The translations under genes and the position numbers were made by a program. Below the pieces are notes generated by a model. It was not told the DNA's origin and ran no database searches. It saw only the letters and a program-made list of their open reading frames with translations. A DNA stretch of 64,000 bases, taken from NCBI GenBank assembly GCA_030265395.1, contig JARFYF010000074.1, forward strand, positions 93,278,239-93,342,238, in the 5' to 3' direction. Below, piece after piece: positions 49,401-61,400 of this stretch. The stretch is from Rhina ancylostomus. Lineage: Eukaryota. The first letter of the stretch is position 1; every line of letters starts with the position of its first letter.

Positions 49401-52400
49401 GTAATTAGCCACTAGTTTTCACATAAAGTTCTATTCTGTAGGGTATTAAGTCCTAAGCTACACAACATAATTCTAGTTGAGGTGCCAAAGCAAACATCTG
49501 AATTCAGTTGTTATTCCTTCTCCACCCCTTCTTTAAAATTGGCTTCAACATTATTGTATGTCACAAAACTGATTTTCAGTTTGACAAAGAATATTCTCCA
49601 GTAATTGTCCAACAATCAATTATTTCTAGATCAACACCTCGTAAAAAAGACATGAATTTATCAGAGTAGTGAAGGAAAACTGGGAACAATGAGCTTTAAT
49701 GATATTTAATGAAATGTAGAATGCATTGATAAAATGTGGATGCAAATTATGTTGAATTCTTTAAATGATTGCTTGAGTCAATTTTGAGTCAGATGGAATT
49801 CTAACTTTTAATATTGATCCAGATTTAAATAAATTATAACTCAAGGTTGATTATGGTTTAGCTCAGAGATAACAAGGGAGCTACAGAATTTGGAATTTTA
49901 AAGTAACTTTGCATCTGTAACAAGTATCACCATCTGGATTGTTCATAAAAAGGCTAAGAAATTCAACCTACATTTAAATCTGGTGGAATAAGCTTCATGG
50001 TTGAAATGTAATTCTGCTTATCTTACTCAGGGTACTCTCTGAATAGATTTCCATTGAACCTGTGAGTTGCAGATGCCAATTCTACATCTCTGTTGGGGCC
50101 TTGTCAATGTCAAGATCAGGTTAAGTTGGTATAAACCCGGGAAAACTGAATGGAGCACAAGCCCACATCGTGTCATATTTGGAAGTGGGATGCTATAAAA
50201 GATGATTGGACTCTAATCAAGGATCAGGGCACACTGAAGAGAAGAGGAACAACAGCTAGGTAGAAAGGAACTTTAAATGGGACTGTTAATTTCCAACTTG
50301 TTAAGCCCTAAAATAATGATAAATGCCTTTGACCATCAATGAGATTATCTACCTGCCATGGCAAAGTTGATTTGTGGCATTTCCTCAGTCTTTACCACCC
50401 TTTTGATGATGGGAAAGTCCTTTGTTGGTTCTGTTGGAAATGTCCAAATCTTCTTCCTTGTTGTGACAGTCGGTGATGGACTCTTCAGTGGTTTGTTTGT
50501 TGTTGGACACCACTTGTAACCAGGGTTGGCTTTTAGAAAAGCATCCTTATACTGAGAAAAAGCAACAGCACAATCATTGATAGGAACAATCCAATACCTT
50601 ATTAAACCCACCACTAGCTTGCTGACACAATCAATTATCCGACGAACAGAAAATAATCCTAAATAATTAATGTGACAGAATTTATACACAAGTTTCAAAG
50701 AGCATAGAAATGAAATGGTTGTTGACCTGGCAGTCTGCTTCTTTCCCTATAAATGCAGCCTAACTTACTGAACAATTCAAGCATTTACATTTTCATTTCA
50801 GTAAATATAATTTTGATTGTATTTGCAGCAATTTAATATACACTCTAGAGGAGTTAAGTGAGCATTTAAGTAGTAGAATGTACTTTGTTGACAAGCTTAA
50901 GAGAGAGGTATCCTGGTTCCTCTGCTCCTTATACAGTTTGTAACAACATAAATTGCATATAGTCTGTTTTAAGAAGTTTACAATATGTTGAGTGAACTTG
51001 TCACTCGTATACATTTAGGTCACTAGCAATAAGGCCCAGAATACATACTGTGGTTTCTATATGTCTGTCAATCCAATATTAAAGGATGTAACAGATAACC
51101 TATTCTCACCAGGTTCACTTGTAAACATATGATGATTCACTATATTATTATCAAGTTTTGGAAAAAGATCAGGTTCTGTTCTTTAACCAGTGACAGTTTC
51201 TAAATTGTTGGAGCATTAAAAAAAAGGATAACCTCTAATCATAATCACCCTGATCCATCAGCCCACCCTCACTCATTGTCCAAAATCAAATACCAATGAT
51301 CATATGGGCAAAATATCTAGTGGACCTAGTGTTATGCTTAGGATGAAAATTGAAGAATGGAAGGAGAGTAAACCATTTTATTTAATTGTTGCAATTAGGG
51401 AAAAATATTCCTATATTTCACTGTGTTAAATGAAGACACTGAATTCCGAAATTAGATAAATTAACCTGAATTATTTGGCCTAAACAATCCATGCCTCCAC
51501 TTGAGCCATCACCCACCTTTACTCATCTACATCATTCAGCATAAACTCCCATCTCTTCTTCCTCACAATTGTCTAGCATCCACTTGTATGTATTCATACT
51601 ATTCACTTCAACTATTTACTGTGGTAGTGAGATCCACATTCTCACCACTCTTTGGGTAAAGCCATTTTTAAAAATTCCCCCTCAGATTTCTTGTTTTTTC
51701 TCTCTCCCTCTAATTGTGATGGCCTCTGATTATGCTATTCCATTCCATACAACTGGAAACATCCTCTCTGAATCTATTCTAGCAAAGCCTTTCATAATTT
51801 TAAAGACCTCTATGAAGTCACCACTTGATCTTATTTTCTCAAGGGCACAGAAACAACTTTTAAACCTATGTGTCTGGGGGGGGGGNNNNNNNNNNNNNNN
51901 NNNNNNNNNNNNNNNNNNNNNNNNNNNNNNNNNNNNNNNNNNNNNNNNNNNNNNNNNNNNNNNNNNNNNNNNNNNNNNNNNNNNNCAGAAAAAAATTTTA
52001 AACCTATGTGTCTCCCCCCCCCCCCCCCCCACCAATGATCTCTCCTCCAACTGGTCACCATCTCACTCTGCCTCCCAGCACCATCACTGCTTTTGTCCTG
52101 CACTCGCCACCCACCAACCAAGTAGCCAGCCTCTGACTCCTGCCCTGCCCCAAAATCCTTAAAATTGGTTAAGATGGTAAAGGGCCACGAGGGCCAGTGT
52201 TAACATCAAGATTCAGGAAACTCAATTTGGTTTCTGAAGGAACCAAATCAACATCTGAACTTGTCATTGTGCCATGGTTTTCTGGTTTCAAAAATAAACT
52301 GTTAATAAATTGTTTATGATGTCAATTTTAATCTATTTATAAATGTAAGCATAATCTTAAATAAAATCAAGGATATCCAGCCTTAAGTAAATAGCTGCAT

Positions 52401-55400
52401 GTAGATATATAAAAACATAAACAAATCCCTAGAGATGTAACATCCAATCTTTAAATTTATAAATGCTTGTGCCACCTATTTTAGTAGAATGGATTCCCAG
52501 AGATTCTGCTGGTTATAATTACTTGCAATGATATTGTAACATTTATAAACATTTCGGTCTCATTACTGGTCTCTAATAAATAAATCACCTTAACACCAGG
52601 ACACACATACTTGAAACACAGCACTCCTTCATTTACTATGAACGGCACTGTTGCAGACATCTGTACATTTCATGTAAAAAGAAAAGTATCAGGAAAGATA
52701 TAGTGACATGAAGAAGCTTGACCAATCAGCCAATCATCAATAGCACACAGGAGCTAGGTGATATTGCTTGTGATAGAGGATGGATTAGTCATCCCGCATG
52801 TCATCTTGGAATTGCCTTAATATTTTCCACAAAGCCCATTCCAAGCACTTCCCTGGATAGCATGAACATATATCACATCTTAGTAAATAACTGGAAGCTT
52901 GTAAATTTAGCAACAATTACCTACCACGCAACTCAATCCTGTTAACAGAAATTCCTGGATATGTGATCACTTCAAACACCAACAATTTCAAGAATCGAAG
53001 TTACCTCATGATTTCAATAATGTCTACCTGCCTTCTGTATGATAAAAAGCCCTGCAAAGTATTTTCTGCTGTGCCAGGAAATTTGAAATTCTAGATATCC
53101 CAGTTTAATGCCTTCTTTCAGGCTTATGTTTCACCACCCGGTTAACAATCCTCACAAACTACCAACGGCAGTACAAAAACACAAAGGTGAATTGTTCTGA
53201 TTTGGAATATCTGAAGTGGTAGAAGCAGATCTAGTAGTAACATTTAAAGGAAACTTAGCTGAGTACTTGAAAGGAAAATGGTTATAAAGCTACAAAGTAA
53301 GCGAAAGCAAATGGGACAAATTGGATTGCTCTGGCAAAAAACTAGTGATGGTACAATGGAACCAATGGGGTTTTCTGTGCTGCAACATTCCACAATTCTG
53401 AGTGGCAGCATGCAAATTAATAGTGCATGTCATTATAAAACATCACACACCCAGCTACAATAAAATTGCACAAACTTAACAGTTTACATTGCTATTGGTT
53501 TCAAAGTTTTAGTAAAGCAAGTACCGCACATTTTATTAGTTGTTTTATACTCCCAATTGATAAGGGAATAAAAATGGCTGGCATCCCTGTCTGAGGTCAG
53601 TTGTTATAGTGAAAATATGACAAACCACTTCACATTCTGAGATAGATTTATTATAAATTCAGTATAGCCCAACTAGAATGCAGTAAGCCAAATGGAAAGG
53701 AGCAGTTTTCACTTGGCATAATCCTTACCTTCTTCTTCAGTTGTAGAATAGACTGACACAGATTGTTGTATCACCTAAACAATTTCATTTGCCTCAATAA
53801 AGCTACCTACGTGGGAGCAAGCAGCATAATATAGAAAGTTAAAAAAAAACTGAGAATGAAGATGCTAATAGCCCGAGTCATTTTCATCTTAGTCATAGAA
53901 GCGTATGAAATAGGTGCAGAAAGGAGCCATTTGGCTCCTCGTACCTGCTCTCCCATTCAAAAAGATACTAGATGATCTTTTTCCTCAGAACCACTTTGCT
54001 TCTCCAACCTGGTTGTGGGACAAAATGCAGAATGGGGTGAACAGCTGTTTCAGATGATAGGCAGGTAAACTGTTGTGTTTCTCAGAGATTAGCATGGGTC
54101 CTTCTGAATACTTCATTCCTTTGATATCTAAAATATCACTCTGTCTCAAATATAGTCAGCAACTGAGTGTCTGCAGCTCTGCTGGGTAGAGAATTCTAAA
54201 GATTCGCAACCCTCTAGGTGAAGAAATTTCTTCTTTTCTCTGCCCTGACTGGCTGATGCTTTATGCATTGATGCTTGATACATTGTCCTCAGATTCTAAA
54301 GAACCCTCTTGGGAAACATCAACTCTCTGATATGCCCCTTAAGTGTTTTGCATGTTTCAATGAGATCATCTCTCATTCTTCTAAACTCTTGAGAGTACAG
54401 GCCTGGTCTGCAAAGTCTCCCCTCACTTGACAAATCCACCATCCCAGGACTCAATCTTGTCAAACCTTTGCCATTCCTTGCATATTCTTCCTAATGTAGG
54501 GAGACCCATATACAATATTCTATAAGCAGTCTAATCAGACTCCTGTATAACTGAAACCAAACATCTCCACTCTCAACCTCATCTTCTTTCAATAAAGGTC
54601 AATGTATGATTTACTTGTCTAATTGGTTGTTGAACCTATGTGTTAATTCTCGGTGATTCATGTACAAAGATACCCAGGTCCCTCTAAACACCAATGCTTC
54701 TTTTTGAACTGCTCACCATTTAAAAGGTACCCTGTCCACATCCTTTCTACAGCCAACACTGCCACCTAGATTTGATTCATCAGCGAACTTGGATATTATA
54801 CTCTTGATCTCCTCATCCAAATCATTGACATAGATTGTGAACTCCCAGCACCAACAGCTGCAGCACACTACTGGTTATTGACTCCCCAACCCAAAAATAA
54901 CCCATTTATTCATACTCCCTGTTTCATATGCATAGCTTTATCTCTTGATTATATTTGAAAATAATAATTATTTATACATCAACACATATATCCAAGACAC
55001 AACAAGGAAGATGGAAACAAACCTCACTTTAAATGCCTATTCTTGTCCTGATCCTTTATGTTAATGTTCTCAGTCATCCATTTGACCTGGTCAAAGCTTA
55101 CTGTGACTTCCTTACTAGGTCCCACTGATCAGTGGGTCTTGATGACATCAGCAGGAGTTGATACACACATGTAAAGATGGGCCCCAAGAATGAAGACACA
55201 AGAAACTGCAGATGCTGGAATCTGGAGCAATAACTGAACTCCTCCAACAAGATTGTGTGTGACCCCAAGGATGAGCCTCAGTTCAGCAGGTCAACTCCCA
55301 TAGTTTAAATAAGCCAGCTCTTATAATGCTGTGTGTTGGGAGGTAATCTATGCAATTTTAACTGTCCACCCATCCAATTTCTATTGGATAATTCAATTAT

Positions 55401-58400
55401 TCTCACTGTAATGTTCAGCAGAACATATCTGACATTATGTGGAATTACAAAATCTTGTTTGCAACATGTTTTTCTTTCTATAAATCTACATTTGGGAAAT
55501 ATAAGATGGATTGAAGACTGGTTTTCACATAGAAACCACAGAGTTGGAATAAATGATTTTTTTAGGCTGGAAAGATGTAACTAGTAGAGTAACTCATGGA
55601 TCATTTCTTGGTCCTCAATTATTAACAATTTAGTTTAATGACTTAGCAGAGGGGGCAGCGTATACGATATCAAAATTTGTTGATGATATGAGAATAGGTG
55701 GGAGGTTATGCTGCTGTGTTGAAGATAGAGACAGGCTGTAGACAGGGTGAGTGAGTGGGCAAAAACTTACCAAATAGAGTTTAATGTAAGAACGTGTGCG
55801 ATCATGTACTTTGGTGAAAGGAATCAAAATGCAGAGCATTCTTTAAATGGAGAGAGATTGCAAATAAATGTGCAGAGGGATGTAGATGTTCTTGTGTGTG
55901 AAACACAAGAAGTTAGCAGTCAGGTGCCGCAGGTGGTTTGGAAGAAAAGTGACAGAGTGGCATTTATTGCAAGGGTGCTGACATTTAGAAACAGAGAAAT
56001 ATTGTTAGAATTATACCAGGTATTGACAGGGCCACACCTGGAATACTGTGTATAGTCTTGGTTCCTCTATTTAAGAAAATATAGATGTGCATTTGAAGCA
56101 GTCTAGAAGAGATTTACTAGGCTAACTCTTAGGATGAGAGAGTTGTCTTAGCACGAACAGCTAAAAAGGTTGGATAGTCTTCTTTTGAATTTAGAAGAAT
56201 GAGAGGTAATCTTATTGAAACACAAGATCTTAAGGAGCATGATCTTAAGGACGTAGATGTTGAAATGTTTCCACTAGCCGAAGAGTCTTGAACAAGTGGA
56301 CACAGTCACAAGATAAGGGGGTAGTCATTAAAGTTGAGGTGCACAGAAATTTCTCCTTGCAGACATTGCTGAACGTCTGAAATTATCTATCCCAGAGGGC
56401 TGAGGAAACTGGAACAATGGAGTGTCTAAAGGGGAGGTAGATCAATTGTTGAAAGACTGGGAAATTGAGGCCTGTGAGGAGTTGGAGCCTGGGGTAGATC
56501 AGCCACAATTGTATGGAATAGCGAGCAGGATTGATGGGCCAGGTGGTCTACTCCTGAACCCATGTTCTCATGTAAAGCATTTATTCATTGATTCATTTCT
56601 CATTGCTCTGGACTTTGTGGTCAGTGCTGAATAACAGTATCAGAGTTCATCAGAAATACTATTGCCAATGACTTTTGAAGAGATTTTGAAATGACAGTTA
56701 TCAGAATTCTAATTTTTTTTCCAAGGGATCTGGAAACTGTGTGAACAGCAACCATTAATTTGTCACTGTTACTAAGATGCATATTGCTATTAAAAATTCA
56801 CTTGAATGGAGAAGCCTAACCTTTTCTGGGGCTATTTGTCCAAAAACTAGTAGCAAAAGTTCCAAGTTTTGCCCTCCGTATATTTCAGTGCCTCTCGAGA
56901 AGGTACCGAAAGAGCAAAGCTTATGGAAAGGTGGGGTTAGCAAGACCACTCAGATTTCTGCACATAACCGTACATATGCATTTGCTGTAAGTTTTTCAAA
57001 TAGATCTAACTGGGGATATAAAGAGAAATGGCAATTTTTCAATTATTGAAGAAAATAATGCAATTAAAATGCATATACCTTCTTCTACAAGGGTAGTAAT
57101 TTTAATATGGAGTACCTCGATTTAAATGCCACTTGCCTTACANNNNNNNNNNNNNNNNNNNNNNNNNNNNNNNNNNNNNNNNNNNNNNNNNNNNNNNNNN
57201 NNNNNNNNNNNNNNNNNNNNNNNNNNNNNNNNNNNNNNNNNNNNNNNNNNNNNNNNNNNNNNNNNNNNNNNNNNNNNNNNNNNNNNNNNNNNTTGTTGTC
57301 GAACCAGAGAGCGATGGCGTTTGCAAAACAGAAGAAATGCATTCATTGGCCTGCGAGCTCGCTGTTCGGAAGAGTCGTCATCTGTCTCATCTGCTTCATG
57401 TTCAAGACCCTCTGTACTCATCAGAGCATCCTGTAGAAAGTATAATGTAACTGAGAATATTAATATATTTTACAAGAAAATTAAATGAACTTCACTGCAA
57501 ACACCTTCACTTTCAAACTGAAACCAGAATTGTAGATTTTCAATTTTCCAAGTTATATACCATAACAAAAAAGATCTCTTTAAAGAGTAATCCTGAATGA
57601 TTTAGCAAAATTAGCTGTTATATGAATGTTCCTTTTCATTTACAAAAAATAATTAATTTAATTATTTCCCAAAATTATTCTCTTCTTACTTCAAGTACAT
57701 GCATGTGATTGCAATTATTTATGTTCTGATAATTTTAAACAGAATGTCAACTATGTTTCCTCATTATGCAATACAATATGGAATATTACTGCATATTGAT
57801 AGTCATAGGAACAATAATATTTTGCTACATTAATATATTTTAATCATTTTACATAGCCTACTCTATTAGGGCAGGTTAAAGTGGATCCTCTGGAAACACC
57901 AAATTGAAAAAGACAATTCCTGATTATGGGAATGGTTTTTACAAATCAGCAGTGTTTGTGTAACACAACCCATGCCTATAGGCTTCCATTAGGTATCTGC
58001 ATTGGACTCCATATCAGAAGGCAAGTGGCACCCAACCCTTCCACCAATGGCCATGAGGAAGTGTCATACAATCCTTTATGTCATTTGGTGTTATGTACCA
58101 GAACACACGTAATACATAATATACCTTTAAATCCATTTTTTTTTCTGAGCTTAACAATTATGAGCCACAGCAAGGGGAATAATATTCTCACAATTTAAAA
58201 AGGCTACAAAGTAAAAAGCATGCTCCACTATTCCAGACTGCAGTATAACTGGAATAGATCATCTGCCACAGCTGATTGCAGCTTGGTGTAGAACATAATG
58301 GAGGCAGAAAAGAGAATGGGTTGTTTGCAGAAGCAATGAAGATGTTTTTAAGACTCGGGTGGGAAGTGGTGAAGTCGTGATCTACTTTGGAGCAAAGAGC

Positions 58401-61400
58401 AGTTCAGTAAAGGAACTTGATACCAGCTTCATAGCTGAAGCTTACTGAGTTCCAGTTTTCTCTGGCAACAAATGAGGAAGTGTGCTGGAATTAGGATGAA
58501 GAGTGCTCTTCACTCTTGATTTCTTCTGGAGTTCTTTAAAAACAGCATAAAGTTAGCTTTTGAACTACTGCAGTCTGTGGCAGATATTCATGTGATGTTG
58601 TGGTCATGAAACCCAGTCAAGTAGGGGAGCAAACAAGAATATAGTCCTAGTACAGCAATATCATGAGGGGGATTGACTATTCTCTGCAGTAGTGAGAGAT
58701 ATCCCAAATCCTGCTCCAGGCAGCAGAGGAATATAGTGGGAAGGAGAAGATCCAGTCATCACAGTACATATGGGAATCAATGGCTTAGACAAACAAGAAA
58801 GAAGTTCTGCACGGTATGGGTAACAAAGCACCAAACTGAGAAGCAGAAGCTCAGAAATAATAATTCAGAAATTATTAGCTGAGCCATGTACAAACTGGCA
58901 AATAAGATTAGAGAAATTAATTAAAACAGAAAATGCTGGAAACACTCAGGAGGTCAGGCAGCCTGCATGGACAGAGTTTCAATGAAACGTCTCAGACCCA
59001 AAATGTTAACTGTTTACTTTTTCCCCACAGATATTGTCTAACCTGCCGAGTATTTCCAGCATTTTCTGTTTTTACTTCAGATTTCCAACATCTGCAGTTT
59101 TTAAAAAACTTTCACAAGAGAACTGAATGCATGGCATAATAGTAGTGGGTCTAGGTTCAAGGGGAACAGGCACCAGTAATGAAGATCATGGGAGATGTAC
59201 TATTGGGATGGTCTCTACACCTAAACCATACTGGAAACATAACTGTGCAACTAGGAAAATGAAGAGGATTTTATACTAACTAGTGGAACTAGGGACCAAA
59301 GTAGCAAAGATGTGGTAAATCAAAGAGTTGAGACATGGCTAGAGAGAAAGTATTAATATTGAAAATAATAAAAAGGCTATGAAGGGAAGGAATAGAGAGC
59401 ACAAATCTAAGAATAATTCAGCATACAAGGCTAGAGGTTACAAAAATATTGAAAAGACCAGACTATATCCTCTATTGCTGAATGCATGTAGCATTCAAAA
59501 TAAAACAGATGAATTGAAAGTACAAATAGAAATTAAGTATGATCTGACAGCCTATGCGGAGATAGAGCTGCAGGATGACAGATTGAGACCTGATTATTAT
59601 TGATGGATACGTGACATCCGGGAAGGATAGGCTGGGAGAAGATAGATGAATGGCACTTTTAAATAACAATGGTTGCAATAGAGCAGGATGAACCAAGTTC
59701 AGGAAACCAGGATAGAGAAGCAGATTGTTAGAGGCAAGAGATAATAAAGACAAGTCACTTGTGGGAGCAGTGTATGGACCCCTTAACAGCAACTAAAGCA
59801 TCAGACAAGGTACAAAGGAAGAAATAAAGGAAGCTTTTCAGAAAGTTACAGTGATTTATATGAGGGCTTTTAATCCACAAAGAGGTTTGAAAAAGCAGAT
59901 GGGCAAAGGGAACTTGGATTAGAAGCTTATACAGTGTTTTTGGAATAGTTTTTGAATTAGAATGTTTTGGAGCCAACTATAGCACAGTTTGCACAATACC
60001 TCATATCGTAGAGTAAGTTAGTATTACTCAATGACCTCACAGTGAAGGTGCCCCTAGATAGCAATAATAACTTTAACATTCAGTTCCAGAATGAGTACTA
60101 AACTTAAATAAGAATAATTATGAAGGCATGAGAGCAGAGCTACCTAAAGTGAACTACCAAAGTAGGTTAAGGGACTAGTCCATGAAGATTTAGTGTCACA
60201 CTTTAAGGGGATCTTTCAGAATACACAGGACACATTCCATTGCAAATGAAAAATTCTAAGGGGAGGACCCACCATCCATGGTTAATTAAAAAAGTTTAAG
60301 ATGTGCACTTTCATTAAGTTTGATGCCATAATTGTGCAAAGATGGGTGGCAGGTTAAAAGATAGCGCAGACTATAAAAACAGTATAAAAATTAGCAAAGA
60401 TTGACTAAAAGATTAGTAAGTGAAAATTGAAGTATGAAGAAGAACTAGCCAGAAAATTAACACAATAAGAGTTTCAACTGATACTTTAAGCAGAAAAGAG
60501 TTAATAAAATTAGTGCTGCTCCCTGTGGACAGTGTGCCTAGATGAACTAAGCAGGTATTTTGCATTGGTTTTCGCCATAGTGGATATAATAATATCCTGG
60601 AAATGGCTGGAAACAGGAATTAAAACAAAGGAAAGAACTCAGGAAAATTATAATAACCAGGGTAGTGAAACTTCTGCAAACTACTGGAGCAAGTGGGCTG
60701 GCAAGTCTCTTGGTCTTGATTGACATTGGTCTTAAAAGAAGTTGCTAGTTGGATAGTTGAGATCCTTGCTGTAAGTTTCCAACGTAGACTGGGGAAGGTT
60801 CTATTGGATTTGGAAATAGTCAAAAGTAATTCCTAATCAAAAAGGGAGAAAGAAACCAGAAAACTACAGGCCAGTTAATCTATCATCTGTCTAATGGAAA
60901 ATATTAGAAATTATAATAAAATTTATAGCAGGGCACTTAGATACTGACTGTCTTGAAGGTGCCCCCTTATCATTGAATGCAAATCTTTTTTATTCATGAA
61001 AGCCAAGTCACTAACATGATAAACTGAAGTTAGAAGAATTTCAGTATTNNNNNNNNATAATGACCTCTGCAAACTCAAAACAGTATGGTAATATTTTGTA
61101 ATGCACCTAATCCCAGGGTTGGATACTAATCTTCAAATGAAAAAAAAGAGCAACTGTGGCATATCTCACTGACACAAAGATTTATATTATTCATGTTTCT
61201 ACAGGCTGGCTTCCTTACATGAGAAATAACTCCAACATGTCCATTTTATTAAGAACGCCAGAGTCAAGGGACAGAAGGAGAAAGCACAGTTGAAAGATTT
61301 TAATTATGAGTACATACAGGAAAAACTAGGAGTCCTTCCAAAAGAATACAGAAGGCTGAAAAAACCTGAAGCAAATATTCAAGAGGTGCTTTAATAAGTT

